From positions 2,208,001 to 2,272,000 of the forward strand of contig CAWEEQ010000004.1 in assembly GCA_963808235.1 (NCBI GenBank): 64,000 nucleotides of DNA, in the 5' to 3' direction. The notes below the pieces were generated by a model. It had not been told where the DNA came from. It searched no databases and saw nothing but the letters and a program-made list of their open reading frames with translations. Below, piece after piece: positions 29,866 to 40,128 of the stretch. Origin of the DNA: an uncultured delta proteobacterium (lineage in GTDB: Bacteria; Desulfobacterota; Binatia; Binatales; Binataceae). The position numbers and the translations under genes were made by a program. Each line of letters starts with the position of its first letter. The stretch's first letter is position 1.

Positions 29866-31026
29866 TTGAAAGAAATTTTTACGTTGAAGGAATTGTGCGT
29901 ATCGACGCGCGCGATAGCGATCGCCTCGACGCTCGTGCTGGTTGCGCTCGGCGGATGCTCGCACGGTCCCGCTGACTCCTTCAGCGAGCGCGAGGCTGTG
30001 CCGGTGCTGGCGGCGAAGGTCGTGCAAAAAACGGTGGCCGACACGATTCATGCGATCGGCCGAGTCGAGGCGTTCTCGACCGTCGACGTCAAGGCGCAGA
30101 TCAGCGGCCAGGTAATGCAGGTGAACTTCCGGCAGGGACAGGATGTCAAGCAAGGCGACTTGCTCTTCACGATCGATCCGCGTCCGTTCGAAGCGGCGCT
30201 GCGCCAGGCGCAAGCGAACCTCGCCAAGGATCGAGCGCAAGCCCGTCAGGCCGCCGTCGATGAACGCCGCCAAGCGTCCCTGCTCAAGCAGAACGTGGGC
30301 TCGCGGCAGCAATACGATCAAGCCCAGGCAAGCGCCGCATCGCTCGCAGCCACCGTGCAGGCCGACGAGGCTGCCGTGCAGACGGCAAGGCTGAACCTCG
30401 AGTACACCGAGATTCGCGCGCCGCTCGACGGACGCACTGGAGATCTGCTGGTCCACGCCGGCAACCTCGTCAAGCCCGATGCGGACACGGCGATGGTCGT
30501 GATCAACCAGGTGCATCCGGTCTACGTTGACTTCGCAGTCCCCGAGCACAAGCTGCCGGAGGTTCGCGCCTACATGGCGAAGCACAAGCTCGGTGTCGAA
30601 GTTTCGCTGCCCGAGCAACAGGGTCCCACGGAGACCGGCGAGCTGAGCTTCGTGGATAACAGCGTCGATGCGAAGACCGGAACGATCAATCTGAAGGGGC
30701 TCTTCGCCAATGCGGACGCGCGGCTGTGGCCGGGCGAGTTCGTAAACACGACGCTCATCTTGAACCAGCGCAACGACGCGATCCTGGTGCCGTCCGAGGC
30801 GATTCAGAGCGGTGCGGAAGGCTCGCACGTTTTCGTCGTGCAGCCGGGAATGAAAGCCGAGATGCGCGAAGTCGTAGTCGGCGAATCGCTCGACAACATG
30901 ACCGTCGTCACCCGCGGACTCAAAGCCGGCGAGACGGTTGTGACCGACGGACAGCTGCGGCTGATTCCCGGCGCGAAAGTGACTATCAAGAGCGGGCTCG
31001 CCGCGAACGGCGGAGTGGCGTCATGA
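29866..31026 (+). CDS. RND efflux periplasmic adaptor (lipoprotein)
   Basis: LGGC lipobox, IDPRPF, IRAPLDGRTG, DNSVDAKTGT and LWPGEFV. Start uncertain. Confidence 0.9.
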   Translation: MKEIFTLKELCVSTRAIAIASTLVLVALGGCSHGPADSFSEREAVPVLAAKVVQKTVADTIHAIGRVEAFSTVDVKAQISGQVMQVNFRQGQDVKQGDLLFTIDPRPFEAALRQAQANLAKDRAQARQAAVDERRQASLLKQNVGSRQQYDQAQASAASLAATVQADEAAVQTARLNLEYTEIRAPLDGRTGDLLVHAGNLVKPDADTAMVVINQVHPVYVDFAVPEHKLPEVRAYMAKHKLGVEVSLPEQQGPTETGELSFVDNSVDAKTGTINLKGLFANADARLWPGEFVNTTLILNQRNDAILVPSEAIQSGAEGSHVFVVQPGMKAEMREVVVGESLDNMTVVTRGLKAGETVVTDGQLRLIPGAKVTIKSGLAANGGVAS

Positions 31027-34000
31027 ATATCGCGCAACCATTCATTCGCCGCCCGGTTATGACGACGCTGAGTTCGCTCGCGATCGTCTTGTTCGGACTG
31101 ATGGCGTATCGATTTCTGCCGGTGAACGATCTGCCTAACGTCGATTTTCCGACGATCGTTGTCAGCGCAAGCCTGCCCGGCGCGAGTCCGGAAACAATGG
31201 CCTCGTCGGTCGCAACGCCGCTCGAAAAACAATTCTCGACGATAGCCGGGCTCGACTCGATGACCTCGAGCAATATCCAGGGCTCGACCAACATAACTTT
31301 GCAGTTCGATCTTACGCGCAATATCGACGCCGGCGCGCAGGACGTGCAGGCCGCAATCGCCGAGACGCAGGCGCAACTGCCGCAAGGGATGCCGAGTCCG
31401 CCGTCGTATCGCAAAGTGAATCCCGCCGACCAGCCGATTCTTTACTTGGGCCTCAGCTCGAAGACGATGCCGATCTCGCAGGTCGACGAGTACGCCGAGA
31501 CCTACCTCGCCGAGCGCATCTCGATGATCAGCGGCGTCGCGCAGGTCCAGGTTTACGGCTCGCAGAAATACGCAGTGCGCATTCAGCTCGATCCCAAGGC
31601 GCTCGCAACTCGCGGCATCGGCATCAACGAAGTCTCGCAGGCAATCCAGGACGCCAATGTCGATATGCCGACCGGCACGCTCTATGGGGCACATCAGGCG
31701 TTCACCGTCCAGGCGCACGGGCAGTTGACGAACGCGGCGGCGTACCGCCCGCTGATCGTCGCTTATCAAAACGGATCGCCGGTCCGCATCGAGGACATCG
31801 GCCGCGTGCTCGACAGCGTGCAGAACGACAAGACCGCCGGATGGTCGAACGGCGAGCGCTCGGTGGTGCTCGCGATTCAGCGTCAGCCCGGAACCAATAC
31901 GGTCCAGGTGGTCGACAACGTGCTGCGGCTGCTTCCCGCTTTCAGAGCGGAAGTGCCGGTCGCGCTACATATCAACACGCTCGGCGATCACGCGGAGACG
32001 ATCCGCGCGTCGGTCAACGACGTGCAGTTCACACTGCTGCTCACGATCTTCCTGGTCGTGATGGTGATCTTCGTATTCCTGCGCAACCTGTCGGCGACGA
32101 TCATTCCGAGCCTCGCACTGCCGATGTCGATCGTCGGGACCTTCGCCGTGATGTGGGCGCTCGACTACTCGCTGGACAATCTCTCCCTGATGGCGATTAC
32201 GCTCGCAGTCGGATTCGTGGTCGACGACGCGATCGTCATGCTCGAGAACATCGTGCGCCACATGGAGATGGGCAAGGACGTGCTGACCGCGTCGCTCGAC
32301 GGCGCGTCTGAAATCGGCTTCACGATTCTCTCCATGACCTTCTCGCTCGCCGCGGTTTTCATCCCGGTTTTGTTCATGGGCGGAATTCTCGGACGGCTGC
32401 TGCATGAGTTCGCGGTAACAATCGGCGCCGCGATCCTGGTCTCGGGCTTCGTCTCGTTGACGCTGACTCCGATGCTATGCTCGCGCTTTCTCCGTCCGCC
32501 CAAGAGCGAGCGCCACGGCCGTCTCTACGCCGTTACCGAGCGCTACTTCGACCGAGCGCTCGACGCTTACCAGAAGAGCCTGATGTGGGTGATGCGGCAT
32601 CGGCTCGGCACCATGTACTTCTCGGGCGTGTTGCTGGTCGCGACGATGTACATGTTCTACGCGATTCCCAAGGGCTTCCTGCCTTCAGAGGACGCCGACC
32701 AGTTGATCATCTTCACGCTCGCCGCGCAGGGAATTTCCTACGACTCGATGGTCGAGCATCAGCTCGCCGCCGCGAGCCTGATCAAGGATGACCCGAGCAT
32801 CCGCAGCTACTTCATCAGCGTCGGATCCGGCGGTCCGGGCGGCGCCACCAACTCGGGCATCATATTCCTGCATCTGGCGCCAAGATCGGAGCGCAAGCTC
32901 AGCGTCGATCAGTTGATCACGAAGTGGCGTCCGATCTTGAACAGCGTGCCGGGCTTGCGTGTCTTTCTGCAGAATCCGCCACCGATCCGAATCGGCGCGC
33001 AATTCACGCGCAGCATGTATCAGATGACTCTGCAGAGCCCCAATACCGCGACGCTCTACAAGTACGCGCCGATGCTCGAATCGAAATTGCGCATGCTGCC
33101 GGATCTGCGCGGTGTCAACAGCGACCTGCAAGTCGAAAATCCGCAGGTCACGGTCGATATCGATCGCGACAAGGCGCACTCGCTCGGCATCTCGGCGCAG
33201 GCCATCGAGGATGCGCTTTACGACGCCTACGGTTCGCGCCAGATCTCGACCATCTACGCGCCCAACGACGAGTTCTGGGTGATCATGGAGGTCCTGCCGC
33301 AGTATCAGGCGGAGCCATCTACGCTCTCGCTCCTCTACGTGCGCTCATCGGGCGGGGATCTCGTTCCGCTCGACACCGTGGTCAAGTTCACCCGCTCGCT
33401 GGGGCCGTTGCAGATCAATCACTCCGGGCAGCTTCCGTCGGCGACCATTTCGTTCGACGTTGCGCCGGGTGTTTCGCTTGGCAAGGCGCTCGCGGAAGTC
33501 AAAAAACTCTCCGCCGCGACCCTGCCCGATTCCATCACCACCGGCTTCCAGGGCACCGCGGAGGCGTTCGAATCTTCACTCGGCGGGCTCGGAATGCTGC
33601 TGGTGATGACCATCCTGGTCATCTATCTGGTCCTCGGCGTGCTCTATGAGAGCTTCGTCCATCCGATCACGATTCTGTCGGGACTTCCGTCGGCGGGATT
33701 CGGCGCGTTGCTCACGTTGTGGGTCTTTGGGATGGAACTCGATCTGTTCGCCTTCGTCGGCGTGATCATGCTGGTCGGCCTGGTCAAGAAAAACGCCATC
33801 ATGATGATCGACTTCGCACTCGATGCGCAGCGCACTGAGGGCAAGTCGCCAAGCGAGGCGATCTTCGAAGGATGTATCGTCCGGTTCCGGCCGATCATGA
33901 TGACCACGATGGCGGCGCTGATGGGCACTCTGCCAATCGCGATCGGCCTCGGCGCCGGCGCAGAGGCTCGCCGCCCGCTCGGAGTGGCGGTCGTCGGCGG

Positions 34001-34190
34001 ACTGTTCTTCTCGCAGTTCCTGACCCTCTACATCACGCCCGTCTTCTACACGTACATGGAAGCATTCCTCGAGCGCTTCAACGCCTGGCGCGAAGGCCGC
34101 GAGCTGGTACCCGCAACCGAACCCGTATCCAAGCGCGTCGCATCGGCTCCCACAACCGCCGAGCCCGCAAAGGGCCGCCTCGCATCGTAG
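31023..34190 (+). CDS. RND efflux permease (HAE1, MdtB/C-like)
   Basis: [32 protein letters not shown] and RFRPIMMTT; ATGA overlap with the adaptor. Confidence 0.93.
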   Translation: MNIAQPFIRRPVMTTLSSLAIVLFGLMAYRFLPVNDLPNVDFPTIVVSASLPGASPETMASSVATPLEKQFSTIAGLDSMTSSNIQGSTNITLQFDLTRNIDAGAQDVQAAIAETQAQLPQGMPSPPSYRKVNPADQPILYLGLSSKTMPISQVDEYAETYLAERISMISGVAQVQVYGSQKYAVRIQLDPKALATRGIGINEVSQAIQDANVDMPTGTLYGAHQAFTVQAHGQLTNAAAYRPLIVAYQNGSPVRIEDIGRVLDSVQNDKTAGWSNGERSVVLAIQRQPGTNTVQVVDNVLRLLPAFRAEVPVALHINTLGDHAETIRASVNDVQFTLLLTIFLVVMVIFVFLRNLSATIIPSLALPMSIVGTFAVMWALDYSLDNLSLMAITLAVGFVVDDAIVMLENIVRHMEMGKDVLTASLDGASEIGFTILSMTFSLAAVFIPVLFMGGILGRLLHEFAVTIGAAILVSGFVSLTLTPMLCSRFLRPPKSERHGRLYAVTERYFDRALDAYQKSLMWVMRHRLGTMYFSGVLLVATMYMFYAIPKGFLPSEDADQLIIFTLAAQGISYDSMVEHQLAAASLIKDDPSIRSYFISVGSGGPGGATNSGIIFLHLAPRSERKLSVDQLITKWRPILNSVPGLRVFLQNPPPIRIGAQFTRSMYQMTLQSPNTATLYKYAPMLESKLRMLPDLRGVNSDLQVENPQVTVDIDRDKAHSLGISAQAIEDALYDAYGSRQISTIYAPNDEFWVIMEVLPQYQAEPSTLSLLYVRSSGGDLVPLDTVVKFTRSLGPLQINHSGQLPSATISFDVAPGVSLGKALAEVKKLSAATLPDSITTGFQGTAEAFESSLGGLGMLLVMTILVIYLVLGVLYESFVHPITILSGLPSAGFGALLTLWVFGMELDLFAFVGVIMLVGLVKKNAIMMIDFALDAQRTEGKSPSEAIFEGCIVRFRPIMMTTMAALMGTLPIAIGLGAGAEARRPLGVAVVGGLFFSQFLTLYITPVFYTYMEAFLERFNAWREGRELVPATEPVSKRVASAPTTAEPAKGRLAS

Positions 34191-34213
34191 GTTCGCACCG
34201 GGAACCCCAATCG

Positions 34214-34738
34214 ATGTCCAAGCTTGGAACCAAGCTCATCGAAGCGGCCAAGGAAGCTCGAGCTATCGCGCGCGGTGAAATCACCAGTGGCTTCGTTGTG
34301 CACTTGACCTCGTTCAAGGGCAACGACGAAGTGGTGCTTCTGCTGGCTGATCAATCGACGATCGGCTGGCTAGTCGCCCGCCTTGCCGAGTTCGCAGCCG
34401 CTCGCGCTGAGTCGAGGAATTTGGCGTTCGTTATTGGCGATGGAAACCCTGTCGAATCAGATGGAAAGTGCGTCATCACTGTAGAGCTAATGCGTCGAGC
34501 GAACGGAGGTAACTGGGTTCAGGAGTCGTTGAATACCTTTCGTTGGAGCCTGTCCCCGAGCTTGGCAAATCGCTACCGCAAGCGTCTTTTGCCGATGCTG
34601 AAAAGCCAGTCTTCTTGCCATCAGTATCTAGAATTCGGTACCGCCCCAGAACCCGTTGTGATGGTTTCTCTAGGCGAGTATGAGACCGATGCTTTTCGTC
34701 GCCACAAGGCTAACAGGTTGCGGCGCGGCGCTAGCTGA
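34214..34738 (+). CDS. Hypothetical protein; N-terminus resembles the leader of Xre/HigA-type antitoxins
   Basis: MSKLGTKLIEAAKEARAIARGE followed by an unrelated body (HQYLE..VMVSLGEY); codon usage looks less GC-biased. Confidence 0.55.
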   Translation: MSKLGTKLIEAAKEARAIARGEITSGFVVHLTSFKGNDEVVLLLADQSTIGWLVARLAEFAAARAESRNLAFVIGDGNPVESDGKCVITVELMRRANGGNWVQESLNTFRWSLSPSLANRYRKRLLPMLKSQSSCHQYLEFGTAPEPVVMVSLGEYETDAFRRHKANRLRRGAS

Positions 34739-34754
34739 GAGGACACCTTCCACC

Positions 34755-35486
34755 ATGAACATGAACTCCTTCGAGGGCAAGCGGATTCTTGCTCTCATTC
34801 GCGATGGTGACTACGCGCATGCCGGCGAGGAGGAAGCGATCGAGCGCAGCTTTCGCGGGATTCCAAAAAGCGCGCGGAGCTGGATCCTCGACGTTGGATG
34901 CGGTCGCGGCGGGAGCGCTGAGTATGTGCGCCGCCACGGATGGGGCAATCTGGTCGGAATCGATCGCGACGCCGATTCGATCGAGTACGCAAAGGCAAAC
35001 TATCCTGCAATCGAGTTTCACACTTGCGACGTGCTCGACGTCCCCGCGAACGTTAAGCGGGAGTTCGACGTCATCTACATGCTGAACGCGTTCTACGCGT
35101 TCGCCGAACAGCGCGACGCACTCGAGGCGCTGAGAACAGTCGCCAAGCCGGGCGCGCGTCTCGTCATCTTCGACTATGCAGTCGGTGGCCAGCCCGACCT
35201 CTCCGTTCAGGGGCAGGTTTTCATTCCGCATCCAATTCGAATGTCCGAGATTGCCGTGATGCTGCGCGAATCAGGATGGAAGCCAGGCGTGGTCGAGGAT
35301 CTGAGCGCCGACTACACGCGCTGGTACACGACCTTCGTCGAACGGATTGAGCGCAAGCGCGATGAGATAGAAAAGATTGGCGGCGCCGAGTGGTACAGCT
35401 TCGTGCTCTCGATGTACTCGGGCCTTCGCGACGTGATTGCGAGCGGGACGCTCGGTAGCGCACTCGTTCATGCAATCGCGGACTAG
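34755..35486 (+). CDS. Class I SAM-dependent methyltransferase
   Basis: DYAHAGE, ILDVGCGRGG, GID and KPGARLVIFDY. Confidence 0.88.
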   Translation: MNMNSFEGKRILALIRDGDYAHAGEEEAIERSFRGIPKSARSWILDVGCGRGGSAEYVRRHGWGNLVGIDRDADSIEYAKANYPAIEFHTCDVLDVPANVKREFDVIYMLNAFYAFAEQRDALEALRTVAKPGARLVIFDYAVGGQPDLSVQGQVFIPHPIRMSEIAVMLRESGWKPGVVEDLSADYTRWYTTFVERIERKRDEIEKIGGAEWYSFVLSMYSGLRDVIASGTLGSALVHAIAD

Positions 35487-36602
35487 CTAGCTGAGCCGGT
35501 AAAAGCGCAGCGCGTTCTGATTCAGGATGTTGTCGCGCGCGCCCTCGGGCAACGCCCCCAGCGCCCGAGTCACTTCGCTAACGACTCCCGGATAGGTGCA
35601 GTCGAAGTGAGGATAGTCCGATCCCCACAACACGTTGCGCTCGACTCCGAGATCGATCATCGCCTTCAACGTGCTCTCGTCGGGGTCCATCGAGATGTAG
35701 CATCGCTCGGCGAAGTACTCACTCGGCTTGCGCTTCAACCATGGCACATAGGTACCCATCTTTTCGTAATGGCTATCCATCCGATCGAGCCAGTAACCGA
35801 GCCATCCGATTCCCGACTCCAGAAAACCGACCGTCAGTTTTGGAAATCGCGCGAGCACTCCGCCGCAGACGATATCCATACAGGCCGCTTGCTGCTCGAA
35901 CGGATGACAGACCATGTGGAAGAAGAACGGATCGCGGTAACGATCGCCACCCATCGTGGGCATCTTCGTTCCGAAGCTGCCGTGCACCGCGACCGGAATG
36001 TCCAGCTCCTCGGCCTCACGCCAGAACGGATCGTATGCCGCGTCGTTGAGACGCCGTCCGTTAAACGGATTGGGCCTGACGAACACCGCCTTGAAGCCAA
36101 GCTCCCGCACCACGCGCCGCATCTCGCGGATCGCCTCATCCACATTTTGAATCGGCATCGGCGCGACACCGAACAGGCGTTTCGGAGAAGCCTTGCAGAA
36201 GTCGGAGAGCCAGTTGTTGTAGGCGCGACATGCCGCCGCCGCGAGTTGCGGATCGGTCAGGTCGCCGTAGAGCAGCCACAACGACGGGTACAGAACCGCA
36301 ACGTCGATGCCCTCTTCATCCATCACCTTGATTCGCGCGTGCGGATCGTAACCGCCCGGCAGGATGTCATCCCACGTGATCTTGCGCGCGCGTTCGAGGT
36401 TTGAAAGCCCCCCCGGCATCATCGACGCCGCCACCGGAAGCGACGGACGGCTGCGATTCTCGCCGTTGATCCACAGCTCATCGGCACCATCGCGATTGCG
36501 CCGAATCTGGATCATCTGCTCGCGAAATTTCGGCTCGGCGTAATTTTCCCAGAGCGCGCGCGGCTCGACGACATGTCCGTCAGCGTCGATTATCCGGGTC
36601 AT
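35487..36602 (-). CDS. Amidohydrolase family protein (Amidohydro_2)
   Basis: IIDADGHVVEP, AVHG, FLESGIGW and WGSDYPH. RBS AGGAGG. Confidence 0.92.
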   Translation of the reverse strand: MTRIIDADGHVVEPRALWENYAEPKFREQMIQIRRNRDGADELWINGENRSRPSLPVAASMMPGGLSNLERARKITWDDILPGGYDPHARIKVMDEEGIDVAVLYPSLWLLYGDLTDPQLAAAACRAYNNWLSDFCKASPKRLFGVAPMPIQNVDEAIREMRRVVRELGFKAVFVRPNPFNGRRLNDAAYDPFWREAEELDIPVAVHGSFGTKMPTMGGDRYRDPFFFHMVCHPFEQQAACMDIVCGGVLARFPKLTVGFLESGIGWLGYWLDRMDSHYEKMGTYVPWLKRKPSEYFAERCYISMDPDESTLKAMIDLGVERNVLWGSDYPHFDCTYPGVVSEVTRALGALPEGARDNILNQNALRFYRLS

Positions 36603-36666
36603 GAGCAATCCTCCTTGAAGGAGATTACTCAGATCAACGACGCGGCACGTGCCGCTGTCAAGCAGA

Positions 36667-36933
36667 TCATGGAGAGTTCGAGCCGAATAGGTTGCCGAGC
36701 GCGCGGAACGGCCACGTGAGCGCATCGCCGATCGCACTCATGACTCCGCCGGAATTGCCGGCGTTTGCGCTGGCGGCCGGCGACGGAGCGCTGGCGGGAT
36801 CGCGCGCTTCGTCCGAGATCGAGGCGTACGGCGCAATCGTCTGGCTCGTCTCCTCGGTAGTGCACCCCGCGCCGAGCGCGATCGCGCACACGACTATCGC
36901 AGCCGGCAGAATCAGTTTGCGGCTCTGTGACAA
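36667..36933 (-). CDS. Small lipoprotein
   Basis: LGAGC lipobox, Ala/Pro linker and an amphipathic C-terminus WPFRALGNLF. Confidence 0.6.
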   Translation of the reverse strand: MSQSRKLILPAAIVVCAIALGAGCTTEETSQTIAPYASISDEARDPASAPSPAASANAGNSGGVMSAIGDALTWPFRALGNLFGSNSP

Positions 36934-36964
36934 TGCCGGCAGATGAGCGAACCAGATCCGGGAT

Positions 36965-37135
36965 CTAGAGAAGATTATCTACAGGAGCCACGCTCGCGGT
37001 GACTTGCGAGCCGATCGTCTGATAGCCGGCGTAGGCCACTACCGCGATCGCTCCCAGGATCAGCGCGTACTCGGTCAGCGTCTGTCCGCGATTAGACTCG
37101 TGGATTCTAATATAGAGGCGCCGCAAGAAATCCAT
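36965..37135 (-). CDS. Flp family type IVc pilin
   Basis: RG|QTLTEYALILGAIAVV prepilin and Flp motif, 56 aa. RBS GGGAGG. Confidence 0.9.
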   Translation of the reverse strand: MDFLRRLYIRIHESNRGQTLTEYALILGAIAVVAYAGYQTIGSQVTASVAPVDNLL

Positions 37136-37348
37136 CCGGCACACCCTCCCCGTAAATGTATGATTGCAACCCGCCAGAATCATGACGCTTCGGCGCACTA
37201 AATGCCAACCCTGGAATGGTTTTTTTCTGCGCCAGTATTGCAGAATTATGATCACAAATTGTAGGCGAAAGTTGCTGGTGCCAGCTCAGATCTGCAAGCG
37301 TTCCGACCGCGCGGATGCTATCGTGCGGATGCTCCGTGGAGGGCCAGC

Positions 37349-37792
37349 ATGGACGGCGAGCGTCGATTCAATTTCCGATTAGCGGCATTCGCGTTGGCGA
37401 CCTTGACGGTCGGACTGTCTGCTTCGCAAGCACCGGTAGACGCCGACGAGGTGGTCGGATTGGTGAGTGAGACAACCGGGGTCGCGCGCATTCAGCGCGC
37501 CGGCTCTACGCTCGCCGTGAACCGCGGAACCGCGGTGATGGTTCACGACAAGGTGACCACCGAACCCGACTCGACCGTGATATTGAAATTTCCCGACGGC
37601 AGTTCGCTCTCTCTGGCGGCGGCCTCCAGCGTCGCGATCGATGAAGCCGAGCTCGTCGACGGAAACCCGGTGCCGAGCCGAGTGACTCTGCTCAGTGGCA
37701 ACATCCACGCAAGCGTTCCCGACAAGACAACCGGAGCATCGCGCAAGATGGAAGTGGATACGCCTAACGCCAAGGCAAGCTCGGCGCACTGA
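37349..37792 (+). CDS. Stand-alone secreted FecR-domain protein
   Basis: Signal peptide, D.V.T.PDS...L.FPDGS.L.L...S and V.TPNA. Confidence 0.75.
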   Translation: MDGERRFNFRLAAFALATLTVGLSASQAPVDADEVVGLVSETTGVARIQRAGSTLAVNRGTAVMVHDKVTTEPDSTVILKFPDGSSLSLAAASSVAIDEAELVDGNPVPSRVTLLSGNIHASVPDKTTGASRKMEVDTPNAKASSAH

Positions 37793-37797
37793 TCCCG

Positions 37798-39243
37798 TCA
37801 GCGCGCGCGTAGTTGATCGCCGGGTATCCAGGTCGAGTGAAACCCGGTCGGCACGCGCTGTGGAATCTGCACCCGCGCCAATGGACCCGCCGCGAAGTTC
37901 TTCGCGTCGAGGACGATCACTTCGCCGGCATCGTGCGCGTTCAAGTCCGCGACGAACGTTACCACGTAGCCGTCGTCTTCATCCCTTGCCCCGACCCGAG
38001 GCGCAAACGGCGCTTCGTTCGAAGTGCGTCCGGGACCGAAGAGGTATTTCTCCGAGGTTCCGCGCTCCGTGTCGTACTTTACGAGTCCTTCGTAGTGCGG
38101 CACGCATGAGTTGTACGCGTAGCGCGACTTGCGGCCCATCTTATGACGGTTGATCGTCGGCCACTCGGTTTTCGCATCGTCGAGTTGCTCTTCCTTGACC
38201 GCGCCGGTGACGAGGTTGAAGCGCCATCGGCATAGCTGCGCCTCGAGACGAAGAAACGCGCGCATCCTGGCGAGCTCGCCCTCGCCTTTCTTCGCGCCCG
38301 GCTCCGCCTGAATAACCCGGCACGCGTTCATCACGAACTCGTCGCCATCCTCCCACGCATTGACCACGTGGTAGATGTAACAGGGCGACGCCTCGAACCA
38401 TTTCACGTCGGCGTTGGTTCCGTAGCGCGGCAGGATCCCGAACCGGCTCGGCATCTCGGGATAGTAAGTGACCTTGTGCACCTTTCGTTCGAGCAATTGC
38501 GGATCCCAGAACAGCGGCAAGTCCATCAGCAGCGAGTAGCGCTCGGTGAACGCCATGTCATGCGGCAGCCGCGAGCCGGGAAGTTCGATCGGTTCGTGAT
38601 GAATCAGTTCGCCTCGCGCCGACACTACGTTGTAGGTCATGAACGGCCGCTTGGTCGCATAGTCGAAGAACAATAGCTCTTCGGTAATCGGGTCGACCTT
38701 CGCATGCGCGGAAACTGCGCGCTCGAGCTTGCCGCCAAAGCGCTCGACGCCAACTGTCTCGAGCGTACGGGGATCGACTTTGTATGGCAGCCCGCATTGG
38801 TACCACAGCGCAAGCGCGTAGCCGTTATGAAATACCAGGTCGGTGTTGGCGGAATCCTTGAGCCATCCGTCGGAGCCGGCGCCGTGCGGGACCGCGGGGT
38901 CGGGACGATCCATCAGGCCGGGCCATATCGAGCGCTTACTTTCATTCTCGGCTGAGAATCCGTCGGTGCGAATCCATCGATTGCGGTAGGTCGCTTTGCC
39001 GTCGTGAAACTCGATCGCATGGACCATGCCGTCGCCGTCGAACCAGTGATAGCGGCCGCGGGGCTGAAAGATCGGATTGGGCCCGTTGCGCAGATAGGCG
39101 CCGTCGAGGTCGCGCGGAATCTCGCCGATCACATTCAGATCGTCGGCGGTGATCTCAGTTGAGATCGGCGCGTAGATTCCCTTGAGGAACGGATTCTCGC
39201 CGGGATCGATCTGAATTGGGATTTCGCGCTCGATTTTCACCAT
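37798..39243 (-). CDS. Carotenoid oxygenase / lignostilbene dioxygenase family
   Basis: YLRNGPNP, HWFDGDGMVH, iron-ligand His in SAHAK, PHDMA, YHVVNA and GFHSTW, plus EDDGY. Confidence 0.93.
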   Translation of the reverse strand: MVKIEREIPIQIDPGENPFLKGIYAPISTEITADDLNVIGEIPRDLDGAYLRNGPNPIFQPRGRYHWFDGDGMVHAIEFHDGKATYRNRWIRTDGFSAENESKRSIWPGLMDRPDPAVPHGAGSDGWLKDSANTDLVFHNGYALALWYQCGLPYKVDPRTLETVGVERFGGKLERAVSAHAKVDPITEELLFFDYATKRPFMTYNVVSARGELIHHEPIELPGSRLPHDMAFTERYSLLMDLPLFWDPQLLERKVHKVTYYPEMPSRFGILPRYGTNADVKWFEASPCYIYHVVNAWEDGDEFVMNACRVIQAEPGAKKGEGELARMRAFLRLEAQLCRWRFNLVTGAVKEEQLDDAKTEWPTINRHKMGRKSRYAYNSCVPHYEGLVKYDTERGTSEKYLFGPGRTSNEAPFAPRVGARDEDDGYVVTFVADLNAHDAGEVIVLDAKNFAAGPLARVQIPQRVPTGFHSTWIPGDQLRAR

Positions 39244-39352
39244 GATTCGCTCCGCCTTGGGCGAGTTCTGTGACCAAGCTATCACGCGCGCGGTCAGCGC
39301 AACAAAGGCCGGCGCAATTGTGGCTCGATTTATATCGTCACGACTTTGGGTT

Positions 39353-40042
39353 TTATCCTGAAGTCGCGATACTAAGAGCGGCGCGAGCCAGGATGCGCGT
39401 CGAGTCCAGGATCGGCAGCGGAGAGTCGGCCGGGTTGATGAGCAACGGAATCTCGGTGCAGGCCAACGCGACCGCGTCGCAGCCGTTGTCCTCAAGCTCA
39501 CCGATTACCTTTTGAAAGTACGCGCGAGACTCCGGGAGGAAACGCGCGTACACCAACTCATCGTAAATGATCCGATTGATACGAGTGCGTTGTTCTATGT
39601 TCGGAATCCGGTAGTCGATACCCACCGGCGCCAGCTTGGACGGATACACATCACCCTCCATCAGGAAGCGCGTTCCGAGAATGGCGAGCCGCTTGACGCC
39701 GCGCCGCCGAGCATCGTCAGCGACCTCTTCGGCTATGTGGATCCACGGCGCGGGTGAACGCTCCCGGACCAGATCGAGCCCCTGGTGAACCGTGTTGTCC
39801 GGACAAATCAGCAATTGCGCTCCGGACCTGACCAGCCGCGCCGCCGACTCGAGCATCATCTCGCCGACCGCGTCCCAGCGGTCATCGTCGATGAAACGCT
39901 GATAGCTGCTTAGCGAGAACCCGTGCAGGGTGATCTCCGGATGGTCATGCGGCCCGAGAATTGCTGCGCCTTCGAGACAAATCGTGCGGTAGCAAAGCGC
40001 GGCGCCTTCGGCGCTGACTGCGACGATGCCGATGTGCTTCAT
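39353..40042 (-). CDS. Aspartate/glutamate racemase family protein
   Basis: Catalytic pair in ICPDNTVH and LACTEIPL; LGTRFLM. Confidence 0.9.
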   Translation of the reverse strand: MKHIGIVAVSAEGAALCYRTICLEGAAILGPHDHPEITLHGFSLSSYQRFIDDDRWDAVGEMMLESAARLVRSGAQLLICPDNTVHQGLDLVRERSPAPWIHIAEEVADDARRRGVKRLAILGTRFLMEGDVYPSKLAPVGIDYRIPNIEQRTRINRIIYDELVYARFLPESRAYFQKVIGELEDNGCDAVALACTEIPLLINPADSPLPILDSTRILARAALSIATSG

Positions 40043-40128
40043 TGTTCGCTCCGCGTCGGGAGAGTGGTCATTGCACGTCTGCATGTTATTCGCACATGCT
40101 GTTGAATCCGTTTGGAGGAACGCATCGC

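Noticed and set aside
37140-37260. Sigma54 promoter for the flp pilin
   Set aside because: TGGCA is present but a properly spaced TTGC -12 element is not.
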